Sequence record: SRR31156797_1193
Reading direction: 5' to 3' (one strand)
DNA: 64,000 nt
In this document: positions 30,841 through 40,618 of the stretch, piece by piece
Layout: each line of letters starts with the position of its first letter
Numbering within the stretch: position 1 is the stretch's first letter
Translations under genes and position numbers: made by a program
Notes under the pieces: model-generated
The model's input: only the letters and a program-made list of their open reading frames with translations
Database searches by the model: none
Told to the model about the DNA's origin: nothing

Positions 30841-32403
30841 TTAAAATGTCATATTTTCAATAAATAAATTATTAAATGTCATATCCATTGAAAGTTCAAC
30901 ATATTGAACATGGTTGGTGATTATTTTTGCTTTGGAGAGTTCTTTGTCTGATAATAACATTTTTATTGAACCTGTACCTGCAGAGTTTCCTATTGTAATG
31001 CATTTCTTTTCTAATTCCTTTGGAATTAATCCGATATTTGCTCCGCTTACTATGTTCATGTATGAACCGAATCCACCTGAAACGTAGACGTTATCAATAT
31101 CATCATAGGAGATTTTCATATATTTTATCAGAGTATCAATGCCAGCTGAAATTGCTGATTTAGCCAACTGAACCTCACGAATATCTTTCTGTGTTAGATA
31201 TATGTCATCTGTAATAGGGTAAACCATTTCATCATCAATTAATGTAAGATAGCTTTCATTCAGTGCACCTGTTTCATCCATTACACCCAAATTCTTTAGA
31301 TTTGATACAATGTCAAGCAGCCCGGAGCCGCATATACCAATGGCTTTCATATTGTTAATTGTATTGTAATTCATCGTATTACCTTCAATACTGGCTTTAT
31401 TGATTGCTCCGTTAACACCACCGATACCATGCTTGATATGAGCACCTTCAAAGGCTGGTCCAGCTGCAACTGAACATCCCATCATCGTGTATTTATTGCC
31501 TAGAATAATCTCTCCGTTTGTTCCGATATCGATTAGCAGGTTAATTTTTTCGCTTTCCATCATATTAGCTGAAACCATTCCCGCTACTATATCACCGCCG
31601 ACATATCCTGCTATGGAATTGGTAATGTAGACATCTGCATTTTTACTTATGTTCAGATTTATTTCATTTGCTAAAGCATGCTTTTGTTCTATAAATTCAG
31701 GTGTAAATGGAGCAACGCTGATATTATATGGGTCAACACCCAGGAAAATATGCTCCATGATTGTATTTCCGCTAAAAACAGCACGAATAATTTGTGAAGT
31801 GTTTATCTGAGCTTTTTTGCTTGCAAGCAAAGTCAATTTGTTTATTTCATTTATTACAGCATTCTGCAGAATTTCCAGCCCGTCAGAATTGCTGTGAATA
31901 TATTCACAGCGGGATATTACATTATCGCCATAGCTTCTTTGAGGATTAATAGAAGATTCCGTAGCTATTATGTTACCGTTTAGGATATTTACAAGATAGA
32001 CAACGATAGTAGTAGTACCAATATCAACTGCGATGCCGTAGTTATTAGGGCTAGAAATATTATCTAATTGAACATTGAATGTGGAGGTTTCCCCAGCAGT
32101 TAAAATCTTCTGCTCAGAATATTTATCAGTAATTTTTATCGTACTGTCAGATGTAATAATTGCTTTACAGGATAGGCGATAGCCGTCCATCAATTCATTC
32201 GCAGTTAAGAGTCTCTTATCAAATTCATTAGCTTCCGGCGGATTTTCTATGAATTTAACTTTACATTTGCCGCATATTCCCTGACCAGCACAAGGTCTGT
32301 CTATATTTATACTTGATGTCAGCAGAGCTTCTGAAACATATGTGTTTTTATCAATATTGACTTCAATAGTTTGCTCATTGTGTATTACTTTCAAAATCGC
32401 CAT
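30841..32403 (-). CDS. ASKHA-domain reductive activator of corrinoid proteins (RACo/DUF4445) with N-terminal 2Fe-2S ferredoxin
   Basis: CAGQGICGKC...RLSC, VDIGTTT, GYVGGD, IDIGTNGE, AAGPAFEG, GICGSG, DIREVQLAK. Confidence 0.92.
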   Translation of the reverse strand: MAILKVIHNEQTIEVNIDKNTYVSEALLTSSINIDRPCAGQGICGKCKVKFIENPPEANEFDKRLLTANELMDGYRLSCKAIITSDSTIKITDKYSEQKILTAGETSTFNVQLDNISSPNNYGIAVDIGTTTIVVYLVNILNGNIIATESSINPQRSYGDNVISRCEYIHSNSDGLEILQNAVINEINKLTLLASKKAQINTSQIIRAVFSGNTIMEHIFLGVDPYNISVAPFTPEFIEQKHALANEINLNISKNADVYITNSIAGYVGGDIVAGMVSANMMESEKINLLIDIGTNGEIILGNKYTMMGCSVAAGPAFEGAHIKHGIGGVNGAINKASIEGNTMNYNTINNMKAIGICGSGLLDIVSNLKNLGVMDETGALNESYLTLIDDEMVYPITDDIYLTQKDIREVQLAKSAISAGIDTLIKYMKISYDDIDNVYVSGGFGSYMNIVSGANIGLIPKELEKKCITIGNSAGTGSIKMLLSDKELSKAKIITNHVQYVELSMDMTFNNLFIENMTF

Positions 32404-32567
32404 TTAGGTTGGTCTCCTTGTCCATAGTACTTAAGATTATACAACACATTATTAGAGAATTAAACGATTAAAAGGATAAATGAACAATGAGAAGCAAGAT
32501 ATTACAAAATATAATAATAAAACACAAACACTTTAATTAAATTTAATGCTTTTAAATGGAATTTATG

Positions 32568-33005
32568 TTACTTATTTAATACTGAAATATAACTCATATA
32601 GCTTTCTGGAATGTGTCCTAGTACTAATATTAATGATGCTATGATTATTAATTTTGATTCCAGTAGTACTCTCGCTGCAAGTAAGTAGATAATCGGCATT
32701 ACTGCCATAGGGATTGGTATAAAGAATAGATTTTTAAATAGTAATATATATTCTCTGACCATTATTAGATACCTTGCCCAGCAGACATAGTAGATTATAG
32801 CTGTTACCAGCATTATTACTAGTGCTAATTTCTTTGTAGGTGTATTAATAGTAACTTTGTAGAAAAAGGGCAGAAGAAAGACTAATATTCGCCTAATATT
32901 TTCTAGGATAAGTACCACATTCCACCAGTCAGGTATTAAGTTGTTTATATTTTCTGTAACTGGCGGAAAGAGAAGATACACTAGATTAGGAAGCAGGATA
33001 ATCAA
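32568..33005 (-). CDS. hypothetical integral membrane protein (5' end uncertain)
   Basis: Hydrophobic 145-aa ORF with a TTG start and no clear RBS. Confidence 0.55.
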   Translation of the reverse strand: MIILLPNLVYLLFPPVTENINNLIPDWWNVVLILENIRRILVFLLPFFYKVTINTPTKKLALVIMLVTAIIYYVCWARYLIMVREYILLFKNLFFIPIPMAVMPIIYLLAARVLLESKLIIIASLILVLGHIPESYMSYISVLNK

Positions 33006-33042
33006 TACTATCCAGAAGTTTTAATACAGAACAAATGACTTG

Positions 33043-33786
33043 TTACTTAAATACCTTATTGTTGAATTTGATTTCTAGTATATCCTTTGGACATATATCT
33101 ACGCAGGTAAAGCATTTATTGCATTCAGCATCCTTAATCTCTCCTGTTTTTACCAATTCATGTACGTCAAGAGATTTTGGACATGCTTTTGTACATTTTT
33201 GACATCCAATGCATTTGTCACTATTGGCTTTGATTCTAAGGCGAGGGATATTCAGCTTCTGTGAAATCCATTGACCAATTACCATAAACGGTGCCATCCA
33301 GCATAACATATAACAGCCAGCTCTTTTACCAAAAATTAATGACAGTACGATAAAGAGTATTATAATACCGTAATAGATGATGTAGCTAAGTGGCTGATGA
33401 GATACGCTGATACCGTTCTCTGTCATATAGAAGAAATCTATACCCTTTATGCCGCCAGCGTTGATAAACATGAATATCACTAAGCCTAACCAAATTGTAT
33501 ATGTAATATACTTTAGAAATCGAAGCCATTTCGGAGCAAATCGTTTTGGCTGTATTAATGAACATGCTTCACCTAATGAGCCTGCAGGACATAGCCATCC
33601 ACACCAAAATCGTCCTAAAAACAGTGACAGCAGGAATATGAAGGCAAATACTATCAGACTTCCGTTTACTATTCCTTGGCTTGGACCCATTATCGATAGA
33701 TATGGCGAGTAATAGTAAAGTGTGATTGGAAACAGTAGAAAAAAGAACAATAGTGAGGCAAATCTAAGGCGTTGTCTTGTTTTCAT
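33043..33786 (-). CDS. membrane-bound 4Fe-4S binding protein (NapH/polyferredoxin-like)
   Basis: GRFWCGWLCPAG and two CxxCxxCxxxCP motifs. Confidence 0.88.
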   Translation of the reverse strand: MKTRQRLRFASLLFFFLLFPITLYYYSPYLSIMGPSQGIVNGSLIVFAFIFLLSLFLGRFWCGWLCPAGSLGEACSLIQPKRFAPKWLRFLKYITYTIWLGLVIFMFINAGGIKGIDFFYMTENGISVSHQPLSYIIYYGIIILFIVLSLIFGKRAGCYMLCWMAPFMVIGQWISQKLNIPRLRIKANSDKCIGCQKCTKACPKSLDVHELVKTGEIKDAECNKCFTCVDICPKDILEIKFNNKVFK

Positions 33787-33849
33787 TTAAATTCTCCTTT
33801 ATATATAGTAGTTAAAGTTTTATATTATCCCATATGGGTAAGTCGTGGA

Positions 33850-34479
33850 TTAAACACTTTTGTGTATTTCTTTTCTCTCAAATCTAAACTTGATTTTTGT
33901 TGGCTGCAGTGTAGAGTTGAGGAGATACTCCGCAGAGCGCAGGAACCTGACATGATAGTCTGTATCTACAAATTTGTTAGTGTTCGCATGAAGAAAACTA
34001 TCAAATCCACGACTCATAATCTCAAAGGGAATTTCGGGTTCTGTTATATTAAGAAGCCCTTTTTCAATTCCATCTAGTACCAATTCCAGCATTGCTGGAA
34101 TTACAGTATCATGCCTTGCCCTATCAATTGAGTGATGGAACTTATCTGGTATATCCCCTTCAAAATAACCATAGGAAAAATGAAGAGAATCTCTTGCGTT
34201 AAACATTTTGTCAAATATCTGGAATAAAATAATATCAGGCGAAATGTTCGTGTCCAGATTGATTATCATGCTGAATCTTTTACAAAATAGATCGTATAAG
34301 ATTTCATTTACCAGACCTTCCTTTGAATCAAAATGATAGAATACCAGCCCCTTTGCTACACCTGCATCATCTGCAATATCAATAACTTTTACATTATCAT
34401 ATCCATGAGTGCTGAAAAGATTATGAGCTGATGTCATTATTTTTTCTTTTACGTCTTTTGTTTTTGAATATTCTGCCAT
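33850..34479 (-). CDS. TetR/AcrR family regulator
   Basis: HTH IADDAGVAKGLVFYHFDSKE; GAGG RBS before ATG 34479. Confidence 0.9.
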   Translation of the reverse strand: MAEYSKTKDVKEKIMTSAHNLFSTHGYDNVKVIDIADDAGVAKGLVFYHFDSKEGLVNEILYDLFCKRFSMIINLDTNISPDIILFQIFDKMFNARDSLHFSYGYFEGDIPDKFHHSIDRARHDTVIPAMLELVLDGIEKGLLNITEPEIPFEIMSRGFDSFLHANTNKFVDTDYHVRFLRSAEYLLNSTLQPTKIKFRFERKEIHKSV

Positions 34480-34489
34480 AATACCTCTA

Positions 34490-34539
34490 AAGTTGACCTG
34501 AGTCAAATTGTATTATATCAGATATATTCATTTTGTCAA
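34490..34539 (-). promoter_or_regulatory. tetR promoter and palindromic operator
   Basis: TTGACA-16 nt-TATAAT (34539-34512) followed by TTGAC-N4-GTCAA near 34493-34507. Confidence 0.65.
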
Positions 34540-34695
34540 TTGAATTAAGTGAAGATAAAGTGTATAATTGTATGGATTAATCATCTCACAATACATTTTC
34601 ATTCCACCAAAAACAAATTATAAAACGCATATATATATGTATAATATTTATTACTGTCAGATTAGAATATTTGGCGTAAAAACAAGGAGATTATA

Positions 34696-37600
34696 ATGCA
34701 GGATAATTATACCAGAGAGCTGCTGCAGGAATTGGTTGCTCTTAGATTAAAGATAAAAACGAAAATAAAGCAGGAAAAGGGGAAAGTACCAGTAGTATGT
34801 TCAGATGAAGCACTGATGAATATCTGTAAATTTCAGCCTAAAAAGCTGGAGGATTTCTATTCGATTGCTGGGGTTGGTAAGGCTTTTATCCAGAACTATG
34901 GCGAAGTGTTTCTGGAAGTTGTACTGGCTAAGCAGCCTGAAGCATCAAAGACTGTATCCCTAAGTGATGATATTACAAAAACTTTAAAAGAGTTAGAAAA
35001 ACGTTTGGTCAATATTAACAGACGAAACAGGTTATTAAGGCTTGCTAAGACCTCCAGAAGACATTCATTTGATTTGTACTCTTCTGCAAAGAATGACGAG
35101 CTTAAGGAATTTTTATTTGGGAAAAAGCGTACATTACGCATCTGTGACCTTCGATATTGTACTGATAAAGATGCTGAGCGAGCAAAATATAGGAGACTTA
35201 CTACATTAATAAGAGAAGCGAATATTTCATTGCGTGAAAAGGGGCAGTTTGACCTTTATATAGGCTATCCATTTGTAATTGGTATGCTTAGTAATGCAGA
35301 CTTTCCAATTCGGGCACCATTAGCACTGTTTCCAATTAAAATAAGTAAAGAACCTACCTATATTTCTTTGTCAATCGATACAGATAAAGATATTTTGTAC
35401 AATAATACAATTGTCTTGGCTCACAATAAATTCAACAACCTTCTAAAATCATTGCCTGATAATGAGATTGAGGATATGGACGGTGAACACTTTATAGAGT
35501 TTGTACTGAAATATTATTACAATGAGAAGATAAATATCAGGTATCAGGAGCATGGTATTATACCATTTCACGAATATATGGCTAGTGAATTTCCTAAGTT
35601 TAGTCATGGTGAATTGTATCTGGAGAATTGTGCTGTTCTAGGCGATTTCCCTGTGTATGCCAGCTCGTTGCAGAGAGATTTTAACAGTTTGATTGATAAG
35701 GGAACAGTGAATAAACTTCTTGTTAAGCTGCTGGATGATTTTCAGGAGGCTGATTTATCAGATGATGCTTTCTATGAAGAAAGAACAGAGAATGATAATA
35801 GCGTTGAAATTGATGAAACAAAAATAACTTATATTAACGATTTAAATAATTCTCAGGAAAAGGTCCTAGCGGCTATTAATGAATCTGATGAACTGGTTGT
35901 TCAGGGACCGCCGGGAACAGGTAAATCCCAGACTATTACCAGCATTATTGTGGATTCTGCCTTAAAGGGGAAGAATGTACTGATGGTATCAGAAAAAAAA
36001 GCAGCACTGGATGTAATTCATTCAAGATTAGGCGAGATTTCATCCTATTCACTGCTTCTTGATGACACAAAGAACAAATCTTTATTCTATAATCAATTGG
36101 ACAGAATTCTAAATATACATGGGGAATATATCGCAAGCAGCGAGCTGGAGAATCTATCATCAAGCATAAACGAGAGTTTATCATCATTGAAAACAATCGC
36201 AGATGCATTGTATTCAGCTAATGAATTTGGCGTTGAGATGTATAAGCTCTTTAGAGATAATATGGGTTATGATTTTGCAGAGAAAGAGGATTTTGTAAAG
36301 TATCAATTGCTAAGGGACAATATAGATTCTAGGATGTATGAGTTGGATTATTCTGCGTTGTCTGGCATATATGAAATGTTTGCAAACAAAAAGACAGTTG
36401 GCACGTTGCTTTCATATATCAATATAGGAAAGAAAAATTATTTTCTGCGTCGCATAAAGGAGAACTTGACCGATTTCGAGGTGGCAAGCCTTGCATATGA
36501 CTGGCAGCAGGTTAGGCAGAGTATACTTGATTATAAATCAAAGCCATTCTTTGTCAGATTGTTTAGCAAGGGTAAGTATATTCAGAATGTAAAGCACTAC
36601 TTGGAAAAATATTTTGATAAAGTGGATGCATCATTTACAAAGAATATGACTGAAACTATTGAGAAATCTGATTGTACTATTGATTTAGATAAATATAATG
36701 AATTTTTTGACAGCAAGAAGCTATATAGCGGATTAAGCACACTGGAAAAGAAATATTTCAAAATGATAAGAGGCTTATGTAATAAATTAGAAAGCGACAT
36801 CTATGGTGCAAATGAAGCTGTTTATAATCATATTATTTATACTCATATAGAAAAATTCAGGCATGATAACAAAGACTCACTGTCTATGGTTGATAATTTT
36901 GATATGGTGGTCAGGGAAATTCTGCAGCTGATGGGAAATAAAAAATTACAGACAAAGAAGCTGGCACTATCTAATATGTATACATCTTTACACGATAACA
37001 TGTTTATGTCAAAGAGGTTCAGTGAGATTAAGCGTCAGGCACAGAGCAGACGAAAAATCAGCGTGCATAAATTTGTTGAAAAGTTTAGATTCGAACTATT
37101 TAAGGGGGTTAAGATATGGCTACTAACACCAGAAGTTGTATCTGAAATACTGCCATTGGAATGTGGTATATTCGATCTCGTCATTTTTGACGAAGCATCT
37201 CAGATGTTTATTGAGAAGGGAATACCTTCAATATTTAGAGCGAAGAAAGTTGTTATTTCCGGTGATCATAAGCAATTGCGCCCATCAAACCTAGGAAAGG
37301 GCAGGATAGATTATGATGATGATACAATGATAAACAGCGAAACCAATGCTGCAATAGAGGAAGAAAGTTTGCTTGATTTGGCTAGATTTAAATTTGATGA
37401 AGTTATGCTGAACTATCACTACAGGTCAAAGTATGAGGAACTTATAGCCTTCTCCAACTATGCATTCTACAAGTCCAAGCTGTATGTAACACCTAATGTA
37501 GACATCCCTGATGAACCGCCTATAGGAGTAATCAAGGTGAATGACGGCATGTGGCAGGACAGATGCAATATTTCAGAAGCCAGAGAGGTAGTTAATCAGC

Positions 37601-38463
37601 TTAAGAAATTCTTTGCTCAAAGAAAGCATAATGAAACTATTGGAATAATTACATTTAACAGCAATCAGCGAGATATGATTCTGGATATTATTGATGAAGA
37701 AGCAAGGCAGGACGACGAATTCCGCCTGATGATAACCGAGGAAATAAACAGAGAAGAGAACGGTGAGGACATTGGGCTATTTATCAAGAATATTGAAAAT
37801 GTTCAGGGTGATGAACGTGATGTAATCGTGTTCTCAATCGGTTATGCAAAAAATGAACAGGGCAGAGTGGTGCGGAATTTCGGCTGGCTCAATCAGCGTG
37901 CAGGTGAAAACAGATTGAACGTAGCAATATCCAGAGCTAAGAAAAAAATATTAATAGTAACATCTATCCATCCAACTGAGTTAAGGGTAGACGATTTGCG
38001 AAATGATGGACCAAAATTGTTGAAAAAATATCTGGAGTTTTGCTTTGCAATAAGTTCAGGAAATAAATTGGAAGCGGAGCAGATACTTTCTTCACTGTAT
38101 GATGCAGAGGAGTCAATAGCAAGTATAGGAGATGATGAAGCATTTGCGCAAATCATCAAGGAGTCTTTACAGAGCAAAGGTTATACGGTGAAAGAACAGG
38201 TAGGTATCGGCGGCTACAAGATTGATTTAGCAGTAGTAAACGATGAAACTGGTGAATTTATATTAGGCATTGAGTGCGACGGTAAGCTTTATGGTATGTC
38301 AAAAACTACAAGAGAGAGGGACATTCATAGACAGAAATACTTAGAATCTAGAGGATGGAATATCTACCGTGTGTGGAGCACTAACTGGTGGGAAAATCCA
38401 GAAAGTGAAATTGAAAAGATTATAACGTATATGAACCAGTTGCTAGATAGCAAAGATAAATAA
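34696..38463 (+). CDS. HRDC + DUF4011 + SF1 (Upf1/DNA2-like) helicase + Vsr/MTES_1575-like nuclease fusion
   Basis: N-terminal HRDC-like helices (SDEALMNI...IAGVGKAFIQNYGEVFL), LVNINRRNRLL, RAPLALFP, QGPPGTGKSQT, DEASQ, GDHKQL, HYRS, QGDERD, RLNVAISRAK, C-terminal YKIDLAV...IECDG...RDIHRQKYLESRGW. Confidence 0.88.
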   Translation: MQDNYTRELLQELVALRLKIKTKIKQEKGKVPVVCSDEALMNICKFQPKKLEDFYSIAGVGKAFIQNYGEVFLEVVLAKQPEASKTVSLSDDITKTLKELEKRLVNINRRNRLLRLAKTSRRHSFDLYSSAKNDELKEFLFGKKRTLRICDLRYCTDKDAERAKYRRLTTLIREANISLREKGQFDLYIGYPFVIGMLSNADFPIRAPLALFPIKISKEPTYISLSIDTDKDILYNNTIVLAHNKFNNLLKSLPDNEIEDMDGEHFIEFVLKYYYNEKINIRYQEHGIIPFHEYMASEFPKFSHGELYLENCAVLGDFPVYASSLQRDFNSLIDKGTVNKLLVKLLDDFQEADLSDDAFYEERTENDNSVEIDETKITYINDLNNSQEKVLAAINESDELVVQGPPGTGKSQTITSIIVDSALKGKNVLMVSEKKAALDVIHSRLGEISSYSLLLDDTKNKSLFYNQLDRILNIHGEYIASSELENLSSSINESLSSLKTIADALYSANEFGVEMYKLFRDNMGYDFAEKEDFVKYQLLRDNIDSRMYELDYSALSGIYEMFANKKTVGTLLSYINIGKKNYFLRRIKENLTDFEVASLAYDWQQVRQSILDYKSKPFFVRLFSKGKYIQNVKHYLEKYFDKVDASFTKNMTETIEKSDCTIDLDKYNEFFDSKKLYSGLSTLEKKYFKMIRGLCNKLESDIYGANEAVYNHIIYTHIEKFRHDNKDSLSMVDNFDMVVREILQLMGNKKLQTKKLALSNMYTSLHDNMFMSKRFSEIKRQAQSRRKISVHKFVEKFRFELFKGVKIWLLTPEVVSEILPLECGIFDLVIFDEASQMFIEKGIPSIFRAKKVVISGDHKQLRPSNLGKGRIDYDDDTMINSETNAAIEEESLLDLARFKFDEVMLNYHYRSKYEELIAFSNYAFYKSKLYVTPNVDIPDEPPIGVIKVNDGMWQDRCNISEAREVVNQLKKFFAQRKHNETIGIITFNSNQRDMILDIIDEEARQDDEFRLMITEEINREENGEDIGLFIKNIENVQGDERDVIVFSIGYAKNEQGRVVRNFGWLNQRAGENRLNVAISRAKKKILIVTSIHPTELRVDDLRNDGPKLLKKYLEFCFAISSGNKLEAEQILSSLYDAEESIASIGDDEAFAQIIKESLQSKGYTVKEQVGIGGYKIDLAVVNDETGEFILGIECDGKLYGMSKTTRERDIHRQKYLESRGWNIYRVWSTNWWENPESEIEKIITYMNQLLDSKDK

Positions 38464-38475
38464 AAGGTTAAGAGA

Positions 38476-39282
38476 ATGAGCAATGTTTTAGGTGTGTCAG
38501 GTAGTACAATTATGTCGCAGAAAGAGCTTTTTGGTGAGCTTTTTACCTATGGCGTAAGTCATCTGGAGATTGGAGAATTTAAGGATAAGAATGAATACAA
38601 TTTGATGATGAATCTGATTGATGAGAATAATTACTCCCATGGCATTCATTCTCCTATCATTCGGAATATGTCGAAGTATGATTTAGCTGAGGAAGTGTTT
38701 TATTCTCCCAAGATTGCACTAAACCAGATTACAGATGAAGCAAAGAAGCTGAGCATTACCCAAGCTAAATACCTGCTGGTTCATTTTCCTTATTTTGAGA
38801 ATGAATTAATGGAAAGCCGGCTGGATGTTATAGAAGATAGACTGATAAAATTAAAAAACATAAAGGATAAATATAATATTGAGATTGTCTGTGAGCCAAA
38901 GCTAAACGGATACATGTCACCATATTCCATTAATATGATGAACAGCATTCCTATCTCTATGTGGGATGAATACGACATTAAGGTGTGTATAGATTTAGGA
39001 GATTACCTCATTGCCGCAAAGGAGCGGCTAAAAGAAATGGTATATAAGTGGATGGATTATATTGCGGTGGTTCATATGCACAATGTGGCATTTGGTGAGA
39101 GATATAGATGGATTCCTATTCATCCGAAAGATGAACAGACAGTTGAATACGAACTAGAGGAAATCATCAGAAACATTGGTGAAAAGAATAATGTTCATTT
39201 TATAATGGAACCTACACCGCATATATATAAATCAAAGGAGTATATGCTAGAGGGATTGGAGTGGGTTAGGAGTATTATCTAG
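38476..39282 (+). CDS. xylose isomerase/AP endonuclease 2-like TIM-barrel protein
   Basis: LEIG, GIHSP, LVHFP, VCEP, CIDLGD, VHMHN, IMEP metal-ligand pattern. Confidence 0.75.
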   Translation: MSNVLGVSGSTIMSQKELFGELFTYGVSHLEIGEFKDKNEYNLMMNLIDENNYSHGIHSPIIRNMSKYDLAEEVFYSPKIALNQITDEAKKLSITQAKYLLVHFPYFENELMESRLDVIEDRLIKLKNIKDKYNIEIVCEPKLNGYMSPYSINMMNSIPISMWDEYDIKVCIDLGDYLIAAKERLKEMVYKWMDYIAVVHMHNVAFGERYRWIPIHPKDEQTVEYELEEIIRNIGEKNNVHFIMEPTPHIYKSKEYMLEGLEWVRSII

Positions 39283-39300
39283 TCCTGACATATAATGATA

Positions 39301-39326
39301 AAAGAAGCAGTTTTAGCTGCTTCTTA
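39301..39326. terminator. bidirectional terminator
   Basis: AAGAAGCAG-TTTTAG-CTGCTTCTT. Confidence 0.75.
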
Positions 39327-39331
39327 CTGTC

Positions 39332-40081
39332 TTATAGCTTAATCAGTTTATCAAATTTCCCAGGAGTAAGTATTTCATTAGTTACAAATTCACCCTTGTA
39401 AAATAACGAGTAAATAGTAAAAGGAGTAGGAGAGGACTTCGCCTGCTTTACTGTTTCTATTTTTGTGACTTTCATGTTAAATCCCTTTGATTCAGCATGC
39501 TCCTTAATAATAGGAACATACTTATCTGTATGCGGGCATCCATTGGAATAGTATAGCACTAAGCCATCATTATCTATTGTGCCAGATTTTGCACATTCAT
39601 TGAACTTTGGTGCAATTGCATCATTGGTAAATGGCAGATAAAGCAACTCAAAATAGGGAGGTGCAGTGTCTATGGTTCTGAAACCTTTATACTTTAGGTA
39701 CTTAGGGTCAGATAGGAATGTTCGCTTCTTGTCTGAGGATAATGTTACTAAACCTATTTTCCCATTTGATTTAGCATCCTTTATACATTCCTCCAAAAGT
39801 CTGTTAGCATATCCTTGTCCTTTATACTTGCCAGATACCCAAAAGCAATTGATATACATATATCTATCAGCAGTTACAGGTGCAAATGCATATTCAGCAG
39901 GTATGTATTCAATAAATACTTTGCCCCTTGCATCTAGCTTCTTGAAGACAAGACCATCTTTAATTCGCTCAGTCATCCATGCCTTTTTGCTGCCAACACA
40001 ATTTTCACCTTTCTTTTCAGAAATCGCACAGCAGATATGTTCATATGATATGTTTTGGGGTGTGATGTTTATAATATTCAT
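39332..40081 (-). CDS. GNAT acetyltransferase with YoaP domain
   Basis: EHICCAI, FIEYIPAE, CFWVSGKYKGQGY, C-terminal CPHT...FYKGEFVTNEI. Confidence 0.88.
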   Translation of the reverse strand: MNIINITPQNISYEHICCAISEKKGENCVGSKKAWMTERIKDGLVFKKLDARGKVFIEYIPAEYAFAPVTADRYMYINCFWVSGKYKGQGYANRLLEECIKDAKSNGKIGLVTLSSDKKRTFLSDPKYLKYKGFRTIDTAPPYFELLYLPFTNDAIAPKFNECAKSGTIDNDGLVLYYSNGCPHTDKYVPIIKEHAESKGFNMKVTKIETVKQAKSSPTPFTIYSLFYKGEFVTNEILTPGKFDKLIKL

Positions 40082-40115
40082 AATATTCCCCTTTGATTAT
40101 AGCGGTAGATATTCA

Positions 40116-40568
40116 TTATTTTATTGCAATATAGATATCAATAGTTTGATTACTCATATCAGGGCTATCATTGTGATAATGCTCAAAGTCACAGGTGAAC
40201 TTCCTATCCAAATCCATGTTCCAGATTTCTCCCCATGCTTTGCCGACAGATTCTGCCATATCGCCGACTACAGTAAATTTTGCATATTTTCCAGCTGGAA
40301 TTGTTATAGTATCAAAACCTTTTGTTTCGCCCTTTACCTCACATCCGCACATAAATGTGTATGGAGCGTCTGCTCCTCCTGAGTACTCTGTATATAGACC
40401 GATTGCCATGTTATCAGCTTTGTTCTCAATCTTTTCATACAGATTATTGCTCATTAATTTTTGCCATAGACTGCCTATATCGGCAATTGCTTTGTTGTTC
40501 TCATTAGTTGTTCTTGTTTTAAGACCAGCTACTTTTTTTGTCTCAATTGTTACGATTTCATAGTTCAT
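40116..40568 (-). CDS. GyrI-like small-molecule effector-binding protein
   Basis: RTTN, IGSLW, IPAGKYAKF, DFEHY, IDIYIAI; GAGG RBS before ATG 40568. Confidence 0.88.
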   Translation of the reverse strand: MNYEIVTIETKKVAGLKTRTTNENNKAIADIGSLWQKLMSNNLYEKIENKADNMAIGLYTEYSGGADAPYTFMCGCEVKGETKGFDTITIPAGKYAKFTVVGDMAESVGKAWGEIWNMDLDRKFTCDFEHYHNDSPDMSNQTIDIYIAIK

Positions 40569-40618
40569 AGGTTTACCTCGCTTAAGTTTTTTACTATCAT
40601 AACAAGGTAAATGTGACA

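Noticed and set aside
39666-40382. 238-aa plus-strand ORF and the many other short antisense ORFs in the track
   Set aside because: They overlap well-supported genes on the opposite strand and have no RBS or recognisable motifs.
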